From the NCBI RefSeq assembly GCF_009914755.1, contig NC_060947.1: 64,000 bases of DNA; one strand, written 5' to 3'. The notes below the pieces were generated by a model. That model did not search any database. It was not told the DNA's origin and saw only the letters and a list, made by a program, of their open reading frames with translations. The position numbers were made by a program, and so were the translations under genes. This stretch comes from the human T2T-CHM13v2.0 reference genome, Homo sapiens. Shown in pieces: positions 30,095-43,451 of the stretch (its first letter is position 1; each line of letters begins with the position of its first letter).

Positions 30095-32178
30095 GCATTG
30101 AAGGCTCACTTGAGATTTGTGATTGGGAATTTCAAGTGAGCCTAGTTAACAGAGTTGTTCTGTCTCCGATCATGTTCAGCTTCACCAGGATATTTCCACA
30201 CGGGAAATATCCTGGGCATCATATTCAACCAGGGTGGGTTTGCCAAAGAAGGATAAAAAACTGAGAGAGAAGCAAAGGAATTGTAAATTTACGCAAGGGA
30301 GTGATTATAATGGTTGACCACTTCACAGACAAACAGGTTCACAGAAGGTCAAGAATTCACCAAATATCATAAACCTGGAAATATGTGGAGCCACCAGTTG
30401 AACCTACATCAACCTGCTAACAACTTCTGGCCTTGTTACATTGTAACACATGGGATTATTGCTTTAAGACAGAACTGAACAACACAGTTTGATGGATCGA
30501 ATAAATCCTATGTATCAGAGAAGTAGATGTACAACCTTACATAATGGTAGCCAACTATGTGACTTCACAATTAAGATCAAATGATATTTAAATAGAAAAA
30601 TATGTGAATGATATAGAATAAATAAAAAAGAGCTCCCTAATGGATCTATACAGGCAAGGCTCATGGCCTTAAAAAGTTCCTTGTTATCATCAAGTGACTA
30701 AAGTCCAAGCTTAATTTTGCTAATGAAGAAACTGAAGTCTAGAAAATCTAAGGCAGGGCCAGAACTAAAACAGAGGTCTCGTGGTATCTCAGCTATCATT
30801 CTTTCTATCGCACCATGCAATATTAGAGGGCTTTGGTATAGTCCTGCCTAATACCAAGAAGACTGGACATACTGCCTTCATTCTGTTGTTTTAAGATACA
30901 ATCTCTGATTCTGCAATACCGCCACAGGCTTATAAACACTGATACCTAATAACTTTATTCTTTTAGCCTCTCCATGGCTCTGCGTCCTTTATCCTAAAGA
31001 CTTATGGAGGTTAAGAATTCAAGGTATTAATTCGACTATTTCAAGAAAAACTGAGAGCAAAAATAAATAAGGGATGATAATAGAAAAAGCAGCAAATATT
31101 TCACAATGTCCTAAGCAATTTTCAACTGAAGACGATGAGCTTAAGAACTGTTACTGGTAGATAGTGCTTATTGAATTTTTTCTTACATTGCTGAATAATT
31201 TCACATTACTTAGTCGGTGCCATTATGCATTTCTATCACAATAGGGGGAAAAACATTAAACTAATGAATGTCGTGCCTCGTTTGTCAAGATCTGAGTCAT
31301 TAGCATGAAACATCTTTCATTGTGAATGCAATTTGGGAGATTCGATCATATTTTTCCTATTTGAAAATACCCGCGTGGTTAGTACTGAGCCATTTTATTA
31401 ATACATTGAATATTAAAAATAATTTGACATGGAAAAGCTATTTGAGACTACATAACTATAAAGGAAAACAATAAGATGCTGCATATTTTATTGGTACAAT
31501 CTACAGTTTATCTTTTTGTGAAAACAGCAAAGCTGTTATATGAACGACTACTTATGGGATGTCATATTGTTTTAAATATTTTGTAGAAATCAATTTCCAT
31601 TTTCCTAGACACTGTTGTCAAGATACTGCTCTTGCAAGTATCAGGTGGGTGTCCTTCAGTGTAAACATCTCAGCACATGAAGGAGTCAGTGGATACACTG
31701 TTTAAGACAATGAACAAACTGGCTAATCCATATCTGGAGTGTCCAGCTATTGAGGCCAGAAAAAAGTTGAGGCAGTGAAAAAAATAAACCACTTGAAGGA
31801 AAGAAGAGGCATATGTCACATCTCCATTTTTCAACCCCTGTTTATGAAACTAGGAACCCTTGTCTCCATCAGAAGACTGAAAAAGAAATTAAGCCTAGGA
31901 AAATGGAAATGGGCAGATGTTTTGGCAGGGTTCATGGGACAGTATTTTCTGTCACATGTCAGATATGAGCTTTTGAATATTAGCATTCATACCTGAATAT
32001 TGAAATATTATTTGTAGATCTGGAAGAGAATGGGGTTGAGATCTGCCTGGACACATACGCATCAGAGTTGTGTTGCCTGACTACAATGACTGGTTATTGA
32101 GCTATAAGTGACACAATATACCTTTGCGGGGGGGGGGTACAGGAATCTCTTATGTTAAAGATAATCTGCCATGATGCA

Positions 32179-32799
32179 TGTGGCAGACAAGACCTAAGGT
32201 GGCCTCTAGTAATTCCCACCTCCTGGTATTTTTGACTTTCCGTAACTCCCTCTCTCTGAGAGTGGGCATAATCCGTGATTTGCTTCTAACAAAAAGATTT
32301 TGGCAAAGGCAATGGAATGTCACCCCCATGATTAGGTCACATTATATGGCAAAGATGGATGTTACATTATCTAAGACTCTTTATATAAGTCTCCATCTAA
32401 GCAGACTGGATTACAGACTCTGGGAGCTTGATGAAGCAAGTAGCCACGTTGAAGATAGCCACGTAGGAAGGAACTGCAGTTGCCCTCTAGGATCTGTCGG
32501 CAGCCTGTAGCTGACAGATAATAAAAAGCTGTAGCCCTAAATAATACAGCTGTAAAGAAATGAATTCTGCAGACACCTGACTGAGATTGGAAGGAAATTC
32601 TTTCCCAGTCAACCTTCCAGAAGAGACCTCAGTCCCAGCCAACATGTTGATTGCAGCTTTGTGAGATGCCAAAACAGAGAACCCAGCTAAGCCATGTCCA
32701 GACTCCTGATGCATGGAAATTTGAAGACGAGAAATGTGTGCATTGTTTAAGACATAGAGTGTGTGCTAACTTGTTATGCAGCAATAGAAAACTAATACA
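32179..32799 (+). mobile_element. MLT1E/F-like solo LTR
   Basis: TGTGGCAG…gaaaactaatACA; perfect TSD ATGCA. Confidence 0.85.
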
Positions 32800-33206
32800 A
32801 TGCATTATATATGTTCCCAAAATACCTCACAGTTTGTGGATTCATGTATGGAGTATAAAAGGGTTTATGGGGAAAATAGGATTGGAACAGACAACTTAAA
32901 AATCATGCAACTTCATTAAGAAAGCACAAACAAAAACAACAATGATAAAATCCTGGAAAATTTTTAAAATATATAATAAATTACTAACAAGGAATATAAA
33001 AGTAAATATATATCTTAGCCTTACCCAAAAGGATTAAAGGTAGTTTGATGGAGGGCAGTGTGAGGAATAGTCAAGATGGTTGAGACACGTAAGCAAAGGT
33101 AAAATGCACAATGATCCAGTAGAAGTGAGTAATAAGTACTTCCCAAGCAAGGCAGGTCATCTAAGCCATTATAAAGAACAAGCTGGAGAATGGACATCAC
33201 GTACAG

Positions 33207-33620
33207 TATGTTAGTTGGCTAAAGAAACTGTAACAAAGTATGATAGACTGTAAGGCTTAAATAACAGAAGTTCATTGTTTCATGTTCCTAGAAGCTGCGG
33301 ATCTAATATGAAGATGTTAGCAAAGTTGATTTCTTCTGAGGCTCTGAGGCAAAAATATCTTCCATGGCTCTACCTTTGGATAAGAAATGGCCATCTTCTC
33401 TTTCTTTCTTCACATCATCACTCTATGCATGTGTCTGTGTCCAAATATTCCCTTTTTATCAAGACAACAGTCATACTGTTAGGTCCCACCCTGATGACCT
33501 CAGTTTAACTTGATTATTTATGTAAAGACCGTATCTCCAAATAAGGTCACATTCGGAGCCACTAGGGGGTTAAGACTCAAACACATTTTCTCTTGAGAGG
33601 ACACAGTTCACACCACTACA
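33207..33620 (-). mobile_element. MLT1B/C-like solo LTR
   Basis: ccaaataaggtcacattc…ggggttaagact motif; degenerate TSD tacag/tgcag. Confidence 0.75.
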
Positions 33621-33914
33621 TGCAGTAATAGACTCCTCTGTGGCTTGCTGGGTTTACTTGTGTCAATTTACTTATATTTGGCTGCTGTTACTTGGTGGTG
33701 CAAAAGTTTAATCTATAATAGGGAAAAATAGAGTATAAACCAACTCAACTTTCCCATTATGTTGACATTATTATGAATCCCCACTATGGAAATCTTCCCT
33801 GTAACAGAACAGTCTAGAAAACATCTATGCCCCCCTTTTATTCTTTCAGTCTCATATGATGACTGTGTGTGTGTGGGTGTGTGTGTGAGAGAGAAAAACA
33901 TTTACTGAGTGTTC

Positions 33915-34165
33915 ACCTCATTCAATTAAAATACAACATACTCTCACTCATGGGGGAGCTAAACATTGAACACACAAAGACATGAACATGGGAACAATGG
34001 GCATTGAGGACTACCCGAAGCCGGAGGGAGGATGAGGGTGTGGCATTAAAAACACATGGCTGGGTACTATGCTCACTACCTGGGTGATGGGATCCATACC
34101 TCAAACTTCAGCATCATGCCATATTCCCAGGTAACAAATCTGCACACGTATGCCCTGTGTCTAAA
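33915..34165 (+). mobile_element. Old L1 3'UTR fragment
   Basis: gggtactatgctcactacctgggtgatgggatc…gtaacaaatctgcac. Confidence 0.8.
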
Positions 34166-34376
34166 GTAAAATTTGGATTAGAAAAATATTTCTTCCTATC
34201 AATGAGCAGGCATTATACATTTTTATTTTAGTAATTCCAGGACACCTCATACTTTTGGTTGCTTTTGTGAATTTTTAAATTATTATAGCCTTATGGAACT
34301 GGCTGTGGCAGTGTTATAGAAACTTTTTGGTATCTTGATGTTGTGTGTGCAAGTTGCTAAAGAAATATTACTTTTC

Positions 34377-36310
34377 GCTGGATGTGGTGACTCATGCTTG
34401 TAGTCCCAACACTTTGGGAGGCTGAGGCAGGAGGATCACTGAAAGCTGGGAGTCTGAGGCCAACCTGGGAAATATAGTGAGATTCAGTCTTTACAAAAAA
34501 TTATATTTTTATATATATATGTATACGTACATGTATACGTGTATATATGTGTATATATATAATATATATTATATACTATTTAAGTACATATTTATATTGA
34601 TATATATTATATAATATAAATTTATAATATATTTATATTTATATTATATAAATTTATAATCTATTTATATTTATGTATATTATATTATATATACATTATA
34701 TATAATATAGTCTATATACACATATTATGTATAAAATATATATTTATATTATATATTATATAAATTTATAATATATTTTTATATATGATAATATTATATA
34801 TTTACATATTATATATTACATATACACATATATTATATATTATATATACACATATATATTATATATTATATATTATATATACACATATAATATATATACA
34901 CATATATATAATATATTATATATTATATATACACATATATTATATATTATATATACACATATTATATATTATATATTATATATTATATATACACATATTA
35001 TATATTATATAATATATTATATATTATATATACACATATTATATATTATATAATATATTATATATTATATATACACATATATAATATATTATATATTATA
35101 TATACACATATATAATATATTATATATTATATATACACATATATAATATATTATATATTATATATACACATATATAATATATTATATATTATATATTATA
35201 TATACACATATATAATATATTATATATTATATATACACATATATAATATATTATATATTATATATACACATATATAATATATTATATATTATATATACAC
35301 ATATATAATATATTATATATTATATATACACATATATATTATATATTATATATACACATATATATTATATATTATATATTATATATAATATATATTATAT
35401 ATACACATATATATTATATATTATATATTATATATACACATAAATATTATATATTATATATACACATATATATTATATAATATATTATATATCATATATA
35501 CACATATATAATATATTATATATCATATATACACATATATAATATATTATATATCATATATACACATATATAATATATATCATATATACACATATATAAT
35601 ATATATCATATATACACATATATAATATATATCATATATACACATATATAATATATATCATATATACACATATATAATATTATATATCATATATACACAT
35701 ATATAATATATATCATATATACACATATATAATATATATCATATATACACATATATAATATATATCATATATACACATATATAATATATATCATATACAC
35801 ATATATAATATATGATATATCATATATACACATATATAATATATATTATATATACATATATATTATATATCATATATTATATATTATATATACACATATA
35901 TATTATATATTATATATTATACATACATATATATTATATATTATTTATTATATATACACATATATATTATATATTATATATTATATATACACATATATAT
36001 TATATATTATATATTATATATTATATGTACACGTATATATTATATATTATATATACACATATATATTATATATTATATATACACATTTATATTATATATT
36101 ATATATACACATATATTATATATTATATATACACATATATATTAATTATATATTATATATACACATAGATATTATATATTATATATACACATATATAGAA
36201 TATATTATATATTATATATACACATATAGAATATATTATATATTATATATACACATATATATTATATATTATATATTATATATACACATATAATATATTA
36301 TATTGTACAC

Positions 36311-36353
<43 letters not shown>

Positions 36354-37039
36354 GATTTTTTGTAGAGACTGAATCTCACTGTATTCCGGGCTGGCCTCAA
36401 ACTCCTGGCCTTCAGTGATATATATATAATTATATAATATATACACTTATTATATATAATGTATACTTATGTATAATTATATAATATATACATTTATTAT
36501 ATATAATGTATACTTATGTATAATTATATAATATATACATTTATTATATATAATGTATACTTATATACAATTATATAATATATACATTTATTATATATAA
36601 TGTATACTTATATATAATTATATAATATATACATTTATTATATATAATGTATACATATATAATTATATAATATATACATTTATTATATATAATGTATACT
36701 TATATATAATATATGTATTATATGTAATTATATCTAATTTTTATATAAATTATATAATATAATTACAATATATAATTATAATATATAATTTTATAATATA
36801 TAAATTATAGATAATATATAATTAGGTACATTCATATATAATTATATATATGTATACATTATGTAATTATATATATGTTATATATATAGCCAGGCATGGT
36901 GGTACACACCTGTATTCATAGCTAGTTTGGAGGCTGAAGCAAAAGATTGCTTGAGCCCAGGAGGTCGTGGTTGCTGTGAGTGAGCTGTGATGACACCACC
37001 GCACTCCAGCCTGGGTGACAAAGTGAGACCCTGTATCAA

Positions 37040-37070
<31 letters not shown>
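34377..37070 (+). mobile_element. Single AluJ whose two arms (34377-34500, 36887-37037) are separated by an AT-rich expansion
   Basis: Left arm, right arm and A-tail lie within one TSD, aaagaaatattactt (34359-34373) / aaagaaatcttactt (37072-37086). Confidence 0.88.
34501..36886. repeat. AT-rich compound minisatellite, about 2.4 kb
   Basis: Units such as tatatacacatatataatatattatatat (29 bp), tatatacacatatataatatatatca (26 bp), and a ~47-bp unit at 36430-36710. Confidence 0.97.
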
Positions 37071-38063
37071 GAAAGAAATCTTACTTCTAAAATTTGATTT
37101 TCAGATTTTTAAAATTTTCTACGTAGATAATCATATCATATACAGTTAATGTCTGTATTATCTATCTAAGCAACAGACACCTTATGGCTTCTTATCTGAG
37201 ATTTTAGGAACCGTTCAAAGTGTTGAATTTGTAGCCAACTTCTTGGGTTTCCTTTCAGCTATGGAAACTTATGGCATAATATTAGGTTTAAGTTATCTCA
37301 CCCAATTGTATTTCAGTTTTATCATGCTAGCATGTAGGTTCATACTGGCTGCACCTTAAAAAATTGTGGTGAAAATTAAATTAAATATGAGAATTAAATT
37401 AAATCAATTACATGGAAAGTACTTACAATTTTTCTAGTGTTTATGACTCTCTTTCTGGCACAACGGATACTTTTCCTTCTTTTTCTTGAAATAAACTATA
37501 TATTAAATAAGTCTTTATTAAATTATATTCAGCATTTCTGTGTATTTGAAGCAAGATGAAGCTTAGCAGCACTAGCCCACTCCTCCAGATTTCAGGAAGT
37601 AATCAGTGTTTCTAAAATTGTTATCTAATTATGACCTGTTCCAAGTCACCTGAGATCCATCTTAAAATGGCAAATTTCCAGACACTCTAGACCAGTCATA
37701 CTGAAACATAATTTTGTAGCATGACTCCTGGAATCTGCATTTTAAACACATTGTACCTGTGCACATTCAAGTATAATAGCCACCTTTTTGGGATTTTCAA
37801 CTTAGTGCCTCAGGACAGAAAAGATAACCAAATCCCTATTAAAGGGAAGAATGCCATTATATAAATTATTTTACTTGATTTTTCACATAAATAATTTCTG
37901 TCTCAGAAAGGCAAGGAAAAAGTCTTCAAAATGCTAGAATTATTTTGCTTTTTCCCTGAATCTCAGAGCATTGTTGACTTTTTGATTCTGCTTGTTTTAA
38001 TAATGAATTCCTAAGTGTTTGGGTGCTTGTTGTAGGCATTCCTTAGCAGATCTGAAATAATCA

Positions 38064-38415
<352 letters not shown>

Positions 38416-39003
38416 CTGGCTTGGTTTAGGTGGAGAGAACAAGTTAGGAATTTTCCATTTCAAGCCTACTGGAGGCTGTAGTGATGCTACATTTCATCTG
38501 TATGGAAAACCTTCTTACAACAATTAAATAGAGCATATTTTAATTTAGTTTCCAATAAGTTTAGATTGTGTAATTCAAGGTTACTTTTCTTTTTTCAGGA
38601 GACATTCTCGCACATCATGGTTTAGTATCTAATCCAGTGAGTTCAATGGTTGTTAAAGGACAATTCAATGCAGATTTGAACCATCAAAGTTTTACATTCA
38701 ATGGACAAAGAGGTGAGGCTAAGAGATGCAATCAAGTAGCTGGGTAATGTCCCTTGGAATATAAGAAGATGATCACAAGGTTGACTGTAGAGGCATAGTA
38801 CTAATGATTTTTTTTTCCTCCTGCCAAATTGAAGAAAATAATCTGGTATGCTTAAGCATCCAGCTAGTTAGTTTTGAATTCTGGGAAAGAGAGTCAGCAT
38901 TCTGTTTCTGATTGGGGAGCTGAGGTCTTATAAGGGAGATTCTTACTGTGCAGGCAAAAGCTGAGAACAGTGATGTGATTAAGAGAAGAAGGCCAAGACA
39001 CTT

Positions 39004-39783
39004 GGGGTGGAGCAAGATGGTTTAATAGAAGGCTCCATTGATCATCCCCACCCCGCCAAGGACACCAATTTAACAACTATCTACACACAAAAAAAGCACC
39101 TTCATAAGAACCCAAAATCAGGTGAGCACTCACAGTACCTGATTTTAAATAGGCATTGAAAAGGTAGAAAAAACAGTTCTGAATACCCAATGCCACCACT
39201 CCTCCATCCCCAGGCAAATGGGGAATGGTGCAGAGGGTTTTGGTGTACTGGATGAGGAAAAGCCCAGTAATTATGAGGCATTGAACTTAATACTGTCTTC
39301 TTATAGTGTAAAGGAAAACTCGACCAAACTCAGTTGACGCTTGACCACAGAGGGAGCATTGAAACCAGCCCTAGACAGAGGGGAACTTGAGTTCCTGCAA
39401 GCCTCTCCAAAATGGTCTAAGGTACTCTGGGGTTCTAAATAAACACAAAAGGCAGTGTAGGCCCAAAAGACTAAAAATCCTAGGTGAGTCCTAGTGCTGA
39501 AGTGGGCTGCTAGACAGTGGACTGGGGGTTGGGGGGCACAGGTACTACTGGGACAACAACTAGGGTGGCTAAGGGAGTGCTGGCATCAGCCCTCCCTTAA
39601 ACCCAGGCTGCACAGCTCATGGCTACAAAAGAGATCCTTCCACTTGAGGAGATGAGAGGGAAGAGTGGGGAGGATTTTGTCTTGTATCTTGGATATCAGC
39701 TCAGACAGAACAGGATCGGACACTGGTCAGAGTCATGAGGTTCCCTTTCCAAGCTTTAGCTCCCAGATGACATTTCTAGACAC
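39004..39783 (+). mobile_element. Old L1 5'UTR-only fragment (L1MA/L1M-type)
   Basis: Begins ggggtggagcaagatgg (YY1-type L1 start); followed by an older L1 ORF1-like piece to ~39945. Confidence 0.72.
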
Positions 39784-40999
39784 TTGTCACTAGCTAGTAT
39801 ATCCTACAAGAATGGTTAAAGGAAGTTATCTAAACAGAAAGAAGTACAAAATTGAATCTTGGCACATAAGGAAAAAATAAAGAATACAATAAGCAGAAAT
39901 ATGGATAAATATAACAGACTTTTCTTTTTCTTCTGAAGTATTCTGTACCTACATATGTCTACTATTTTGGATAATGCAGTTCTTGATAATGGACCTGAAA
40001 TATGAGATTTCTATAGTGGGAAGAAGGTCACTGAGAATAAGAGCATGCTAATGCCATTGGATTGGAAGTCTTGATGACAAAATAACTGAGAATGTGAGGG
40101 CACATGGGGCTAAGGGTATGTATAAGTAAGAGGCGATAATGAGAGAAGTCATGTTTTGCAGGTGGAGCCATCACTCACGATGACAATATTCAGAGTATAA
40201 CCATGGGAGTCTTGGCTGCAGCGGAATGAAATAAAACATTTTTGGAAGTAAAGATGGCAAAGATCTGAAGGCATGGAGCTTTGGTTGGGTTACCCATATA
40301 CATGTTTGAGTCAAGGCAGATGGTGACGGGAATAGGAGAGGCTGGAGATGACATGAGCCTAGGCCCCAAATGAAGGAAGAAATTTAAACAGGGTGCTGGT
40401 AGAAGTAACAGCAAGATTTGTAGTTAGACAGTACGGGCTACAAGGGAGCTGGGTAATTTTTAATGGGGAGGGAATTACATGGAATCCAACAGTGTCAGAG
40501 GATGAGGTGTTTCCTATGTCCATATGACAGCAAATAGAAAAATGAGAGAAAACTATTAACGATGGCATTAGAAAGGGCAAGTGTCAACCTAAGGCTTTTG
40601 TCAAAATTGAATGCACAGTGACATGCCAGATATGGCCATGGCCAGCATCCCTTGAGGCCTTGGGAATACACATGATATAAGGAAGAGACAAAATATTAAA
40701 TAAAATAGAGTTTAGTTATTCTAAGGACGAATATTGACTTGGGAACCTGGAAATAGGGGCCATAATGGTTTTTGTTATGGCTGACATTAAGATATTTTTC
40801 AATTGGAATAGAAAAGCCAATAACTAACAAATAATTCAATTTTGCTGCTGAATATCAGTCATGATATTAAGGAAGGCAGTAAAGGGAGCCAGCTGGGGAA
40901 CCAGGATGAACAACCATCTCTAACTCTCACAGGAAAGAGCTTCCTACAGAAGCAGTGACTCTACCTGGGGACACAAACACACAGCTCCATGCACAAATA

Positions 41000-41260
41000 C
41001 AAAATGCAGACACTTTTATTAAATAGTTTCTATGAAGAAGGACCCAACAGGCAGATGAGGTTGCAGAGCAAGGACGACTCCTTGCACAAACACAAGTGAC
41101 AGGGCAAAGTCTAGGGGCCAGCATCCTCCTGAAGAGGGCCTGGACCCAGTAGTGTTCTGGATCCAAGCCAGGGTGGATTCACTGAGGGCTTGTATCTCAG
41201 CAACTTGGGGATCAGGTCCAGGGCTCAGTAAAGCATTGCTAGTGGAAATTAAATTCCTAC
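41000..41260 (-). pseudogene. Aurora kinase C-like terminal exon with 3'UTR, disrupted
   Basis: After a pyrimidine tract and CAG: FPLAM…DLIPKLLRYKP…EHYWVQALFRRMLAP vs recalled AURKC FPLSM…DLISRLLRYQP…KHPWVQAHSRRVLPP; UTR also AURKC-like; frameshifts present. Confidence 0.85.
41015..41020 (-). terminator. AATAAA polyadenylation signal of the Aurora-like relic
   Basis: tttatt on the + strand, followed on the minus strand by GT-rich sequence (TTGTATTTGTG…TGTGTGTTTGTG). Confidence 0.65.
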
Positions 41261-41448
41261 TGATGAGGATTCAGAAAGAAGAAAACAAGTTTAGTAATTT
41301 TCCTCTATCATTGCTTCTCTGTTCCCTGAATCCATTCCAGACTCCTGTTTTCAAACATACAAGGCTCACTCTGGTTGTATCCAGACAATTCAAACCCAGA
41401 AACAATCACAGAATGGCTCCCACATAAATGCTCCAGGTCGTCCCCATT

Positions 41449-41636
41449 CTTGCAGAGTATGCCTCTGTAGGTCTAACTAGGTGAGGTAATCTTGAAGGCA
41501 GATTTCTCACCAAAAGCTCATAAGCTCATAGCACATAACCCCAATGTCAGTCAGATTCATCTCTTCACTGTAGGCTCTCCTCATGGTCATTTCAATTGAG
41601 TAGGTACTCCAGAGTCCCACACAATGTGTCTTCTTC
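41449..41636 (-). pseudogene. Aurora kinase C-like penultimate exon (activation-loop end, subdomains VIII-X), disrupted
   Basis: KKT/LCGTLEYL/IEMTMRRAYSEEMNLTDIGVMCYEL/LVRNLP…TYR vs recalled [43 protein letters not shown]…TYR; acceptor AG mutated to TG, donor lost, 8-bp duplication ATGAGCTT. Confidence 0.85.
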
Positions 41637-42612
41637 CAGAATAGGGCAAAACAGTGATTAGAGGCCCCACAGATAGGGATATTTTTCTTCTCTGGCAACA
41701 AGAGAAGTGGTAGCTGCAAGACCCCAGGAAGCTCTAGATGGACTGCTCACTGAAAAAGAGGTTAAGTAACTTTTCCTGGGTTACAGAGCCCATGAGTGAC
41801 AATTTAACACCAATAGGCAGTCTGGCCCCAGAGCCCAGGCTCCCAAGTGCTACGCTAAAGGATATGGCTATAAGCCCAATGTGGGGCTAGCAGCTGTGGA
41901 GAACATGAACCGCAGAGAAAAAGGGATGTGAGTGGGAAGATTTATGACGTGGACAATGGGGCCAACTTGGTGACTCCCAGACTTTAGCATTCTGTGAACG
42001 AGCAAAAAAATCAAAACCTGGGAAACTCACAGTTATTTGGCTAGTTAAGTACATTTATACAGACATCAAGTATCATTTACTCTCCCCAGTATTTCAAAAA
42101 AGAAATGGCTTTTAAAAGCGAAAAAGGCAAAGGACATCATCTTAAAATGAAAGGCCATATTCTAAATTGAAACACACTGCATTGGCTGAACTTTTTTTTA
42201 ATTGCCAAAGACTGAGATGCTGCATTAAATGAGTGGAACAAAAACAGTGCCTAGGACAGGCTTGATGACATCATATCAGTGCTCATGACATAGTAGTTGC
42301 CTGTCCTTATGTTGGCTCACAAGAGAAGGAAGGAAAGAAACAGCTTTCTCAGGCTGTCTTTCAATGTCATTTGATGATGTGTTTGTGTACCCTCTACAGT
42401 CATATCCTTACCAGTGGAGGATGCTGGCCCATAACTTAGGAAACAAGGAACCATCCTATAGGCATAGGGAACAACTGAGATTTAATCTTTAACTGAGACT
42501 ATATTTTTTTTCCCAGAAGATACCAGGTGACAATGATGGCAAATGCCTCCTGGGTATCTGCCTGACTTACGCCCCTTCTTCAGAACAGCTCATCAACAAT
42601 GGCCCTCGCTAA

Positions 42613-42761
42613 CTGGGCTGTGGGGACTCCCTTATCCAAACAAACTGGGCCACTCCACTTCCCTCTTGTGGAAATTTAGGCAGAGGTTCTCAGACTGAGG
42701 TCAGACTGTGATGGGCATTGCAGGAAGAGATCAAGGGAAATATGGGGTCACATGTTTATTT
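42613..42761 (-). pseudogene. Possible very decayed Aurora catalytic-loop exon (HRD…DFG); a KRAB-B exon is an alternative reading
   Basis: CACAGtctGACcTCAGTCTGAGAACCT and GAAGTGGAGTGGCCCAGTTTGTTTGG align loosely to HRDIKPENL and EVKIADFGW codons, at the expected position. Confidence 0.4.
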
Positions 42762-43451
42762 CCTGCTGCAAGGACAACAGTAACAATTCCCACTTTACCA
42801 GGCTGTTGTGAGAATCACAGAGAAAATGTTCATAAGGCAAACACTGGAATGCCTGGCCCATGTGTGCACTTGGTGTGGTTTGCTACTTTTATTAATAATG
42901 CAGGCAAGTTCAACTGCAGAGAAATATTGAGAGTAAAGATGTAAAACTTGAAGGGAAAAGTAGAAGCAAGGAATCTGGGGGCCTCAGAGAGTGAGAACTG
43001 GAGCAGACAATTCTTCCCTTAAACTCACTGCAGCAGAAAAAGCCAATCAGCAGAGAGTGGCATAAGCAGGCACAAAGAAATAAGCAATGACAAGAGACCC
43101 CCCCCCTCCAAGGCCAGGACATATCTTGGTTCCTTTAAGTTCTTGACTGCAGTCTCCCATGGGGCCCAGTGGACATTCTGCACTTAGCTTCCACAATATA
43201 TCCCCATTCCCTTCCAATACATTCTCTCTTTGTTATGAATAATTTTGAATGGGATGCTAATTCTAGCCACACCAATCCCTGGTAGGAACATGGGGAGACC
43301 AGGCAGAATTTGAGACCCAAGCAAGGCAGGAGCTACCACGGGGTATGAAGGTGGGCCCCCTATGCATTCTAGCCTAAGCAAGCCTGGAGCGAGAGAGCAG
43401 AATGAAGAAAGAGTCTGCAAGTTCCCTGAGTAAGGACAGGTAAGGATCTAC

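Noticed and set aside
34785-36168. Ile/Tyr-rich ORFs; CRISPR-like periodicity of 26-29-bp units
   Set aside because: Low-complexity tandem repeat with no unique spacers and no cas genes; eukaryotic context.
41507-41719. 70-aa ORF as a functional micro-protein
   Set aside because: Chance frame through intron and frameshifted kinase exon; no ATG start.
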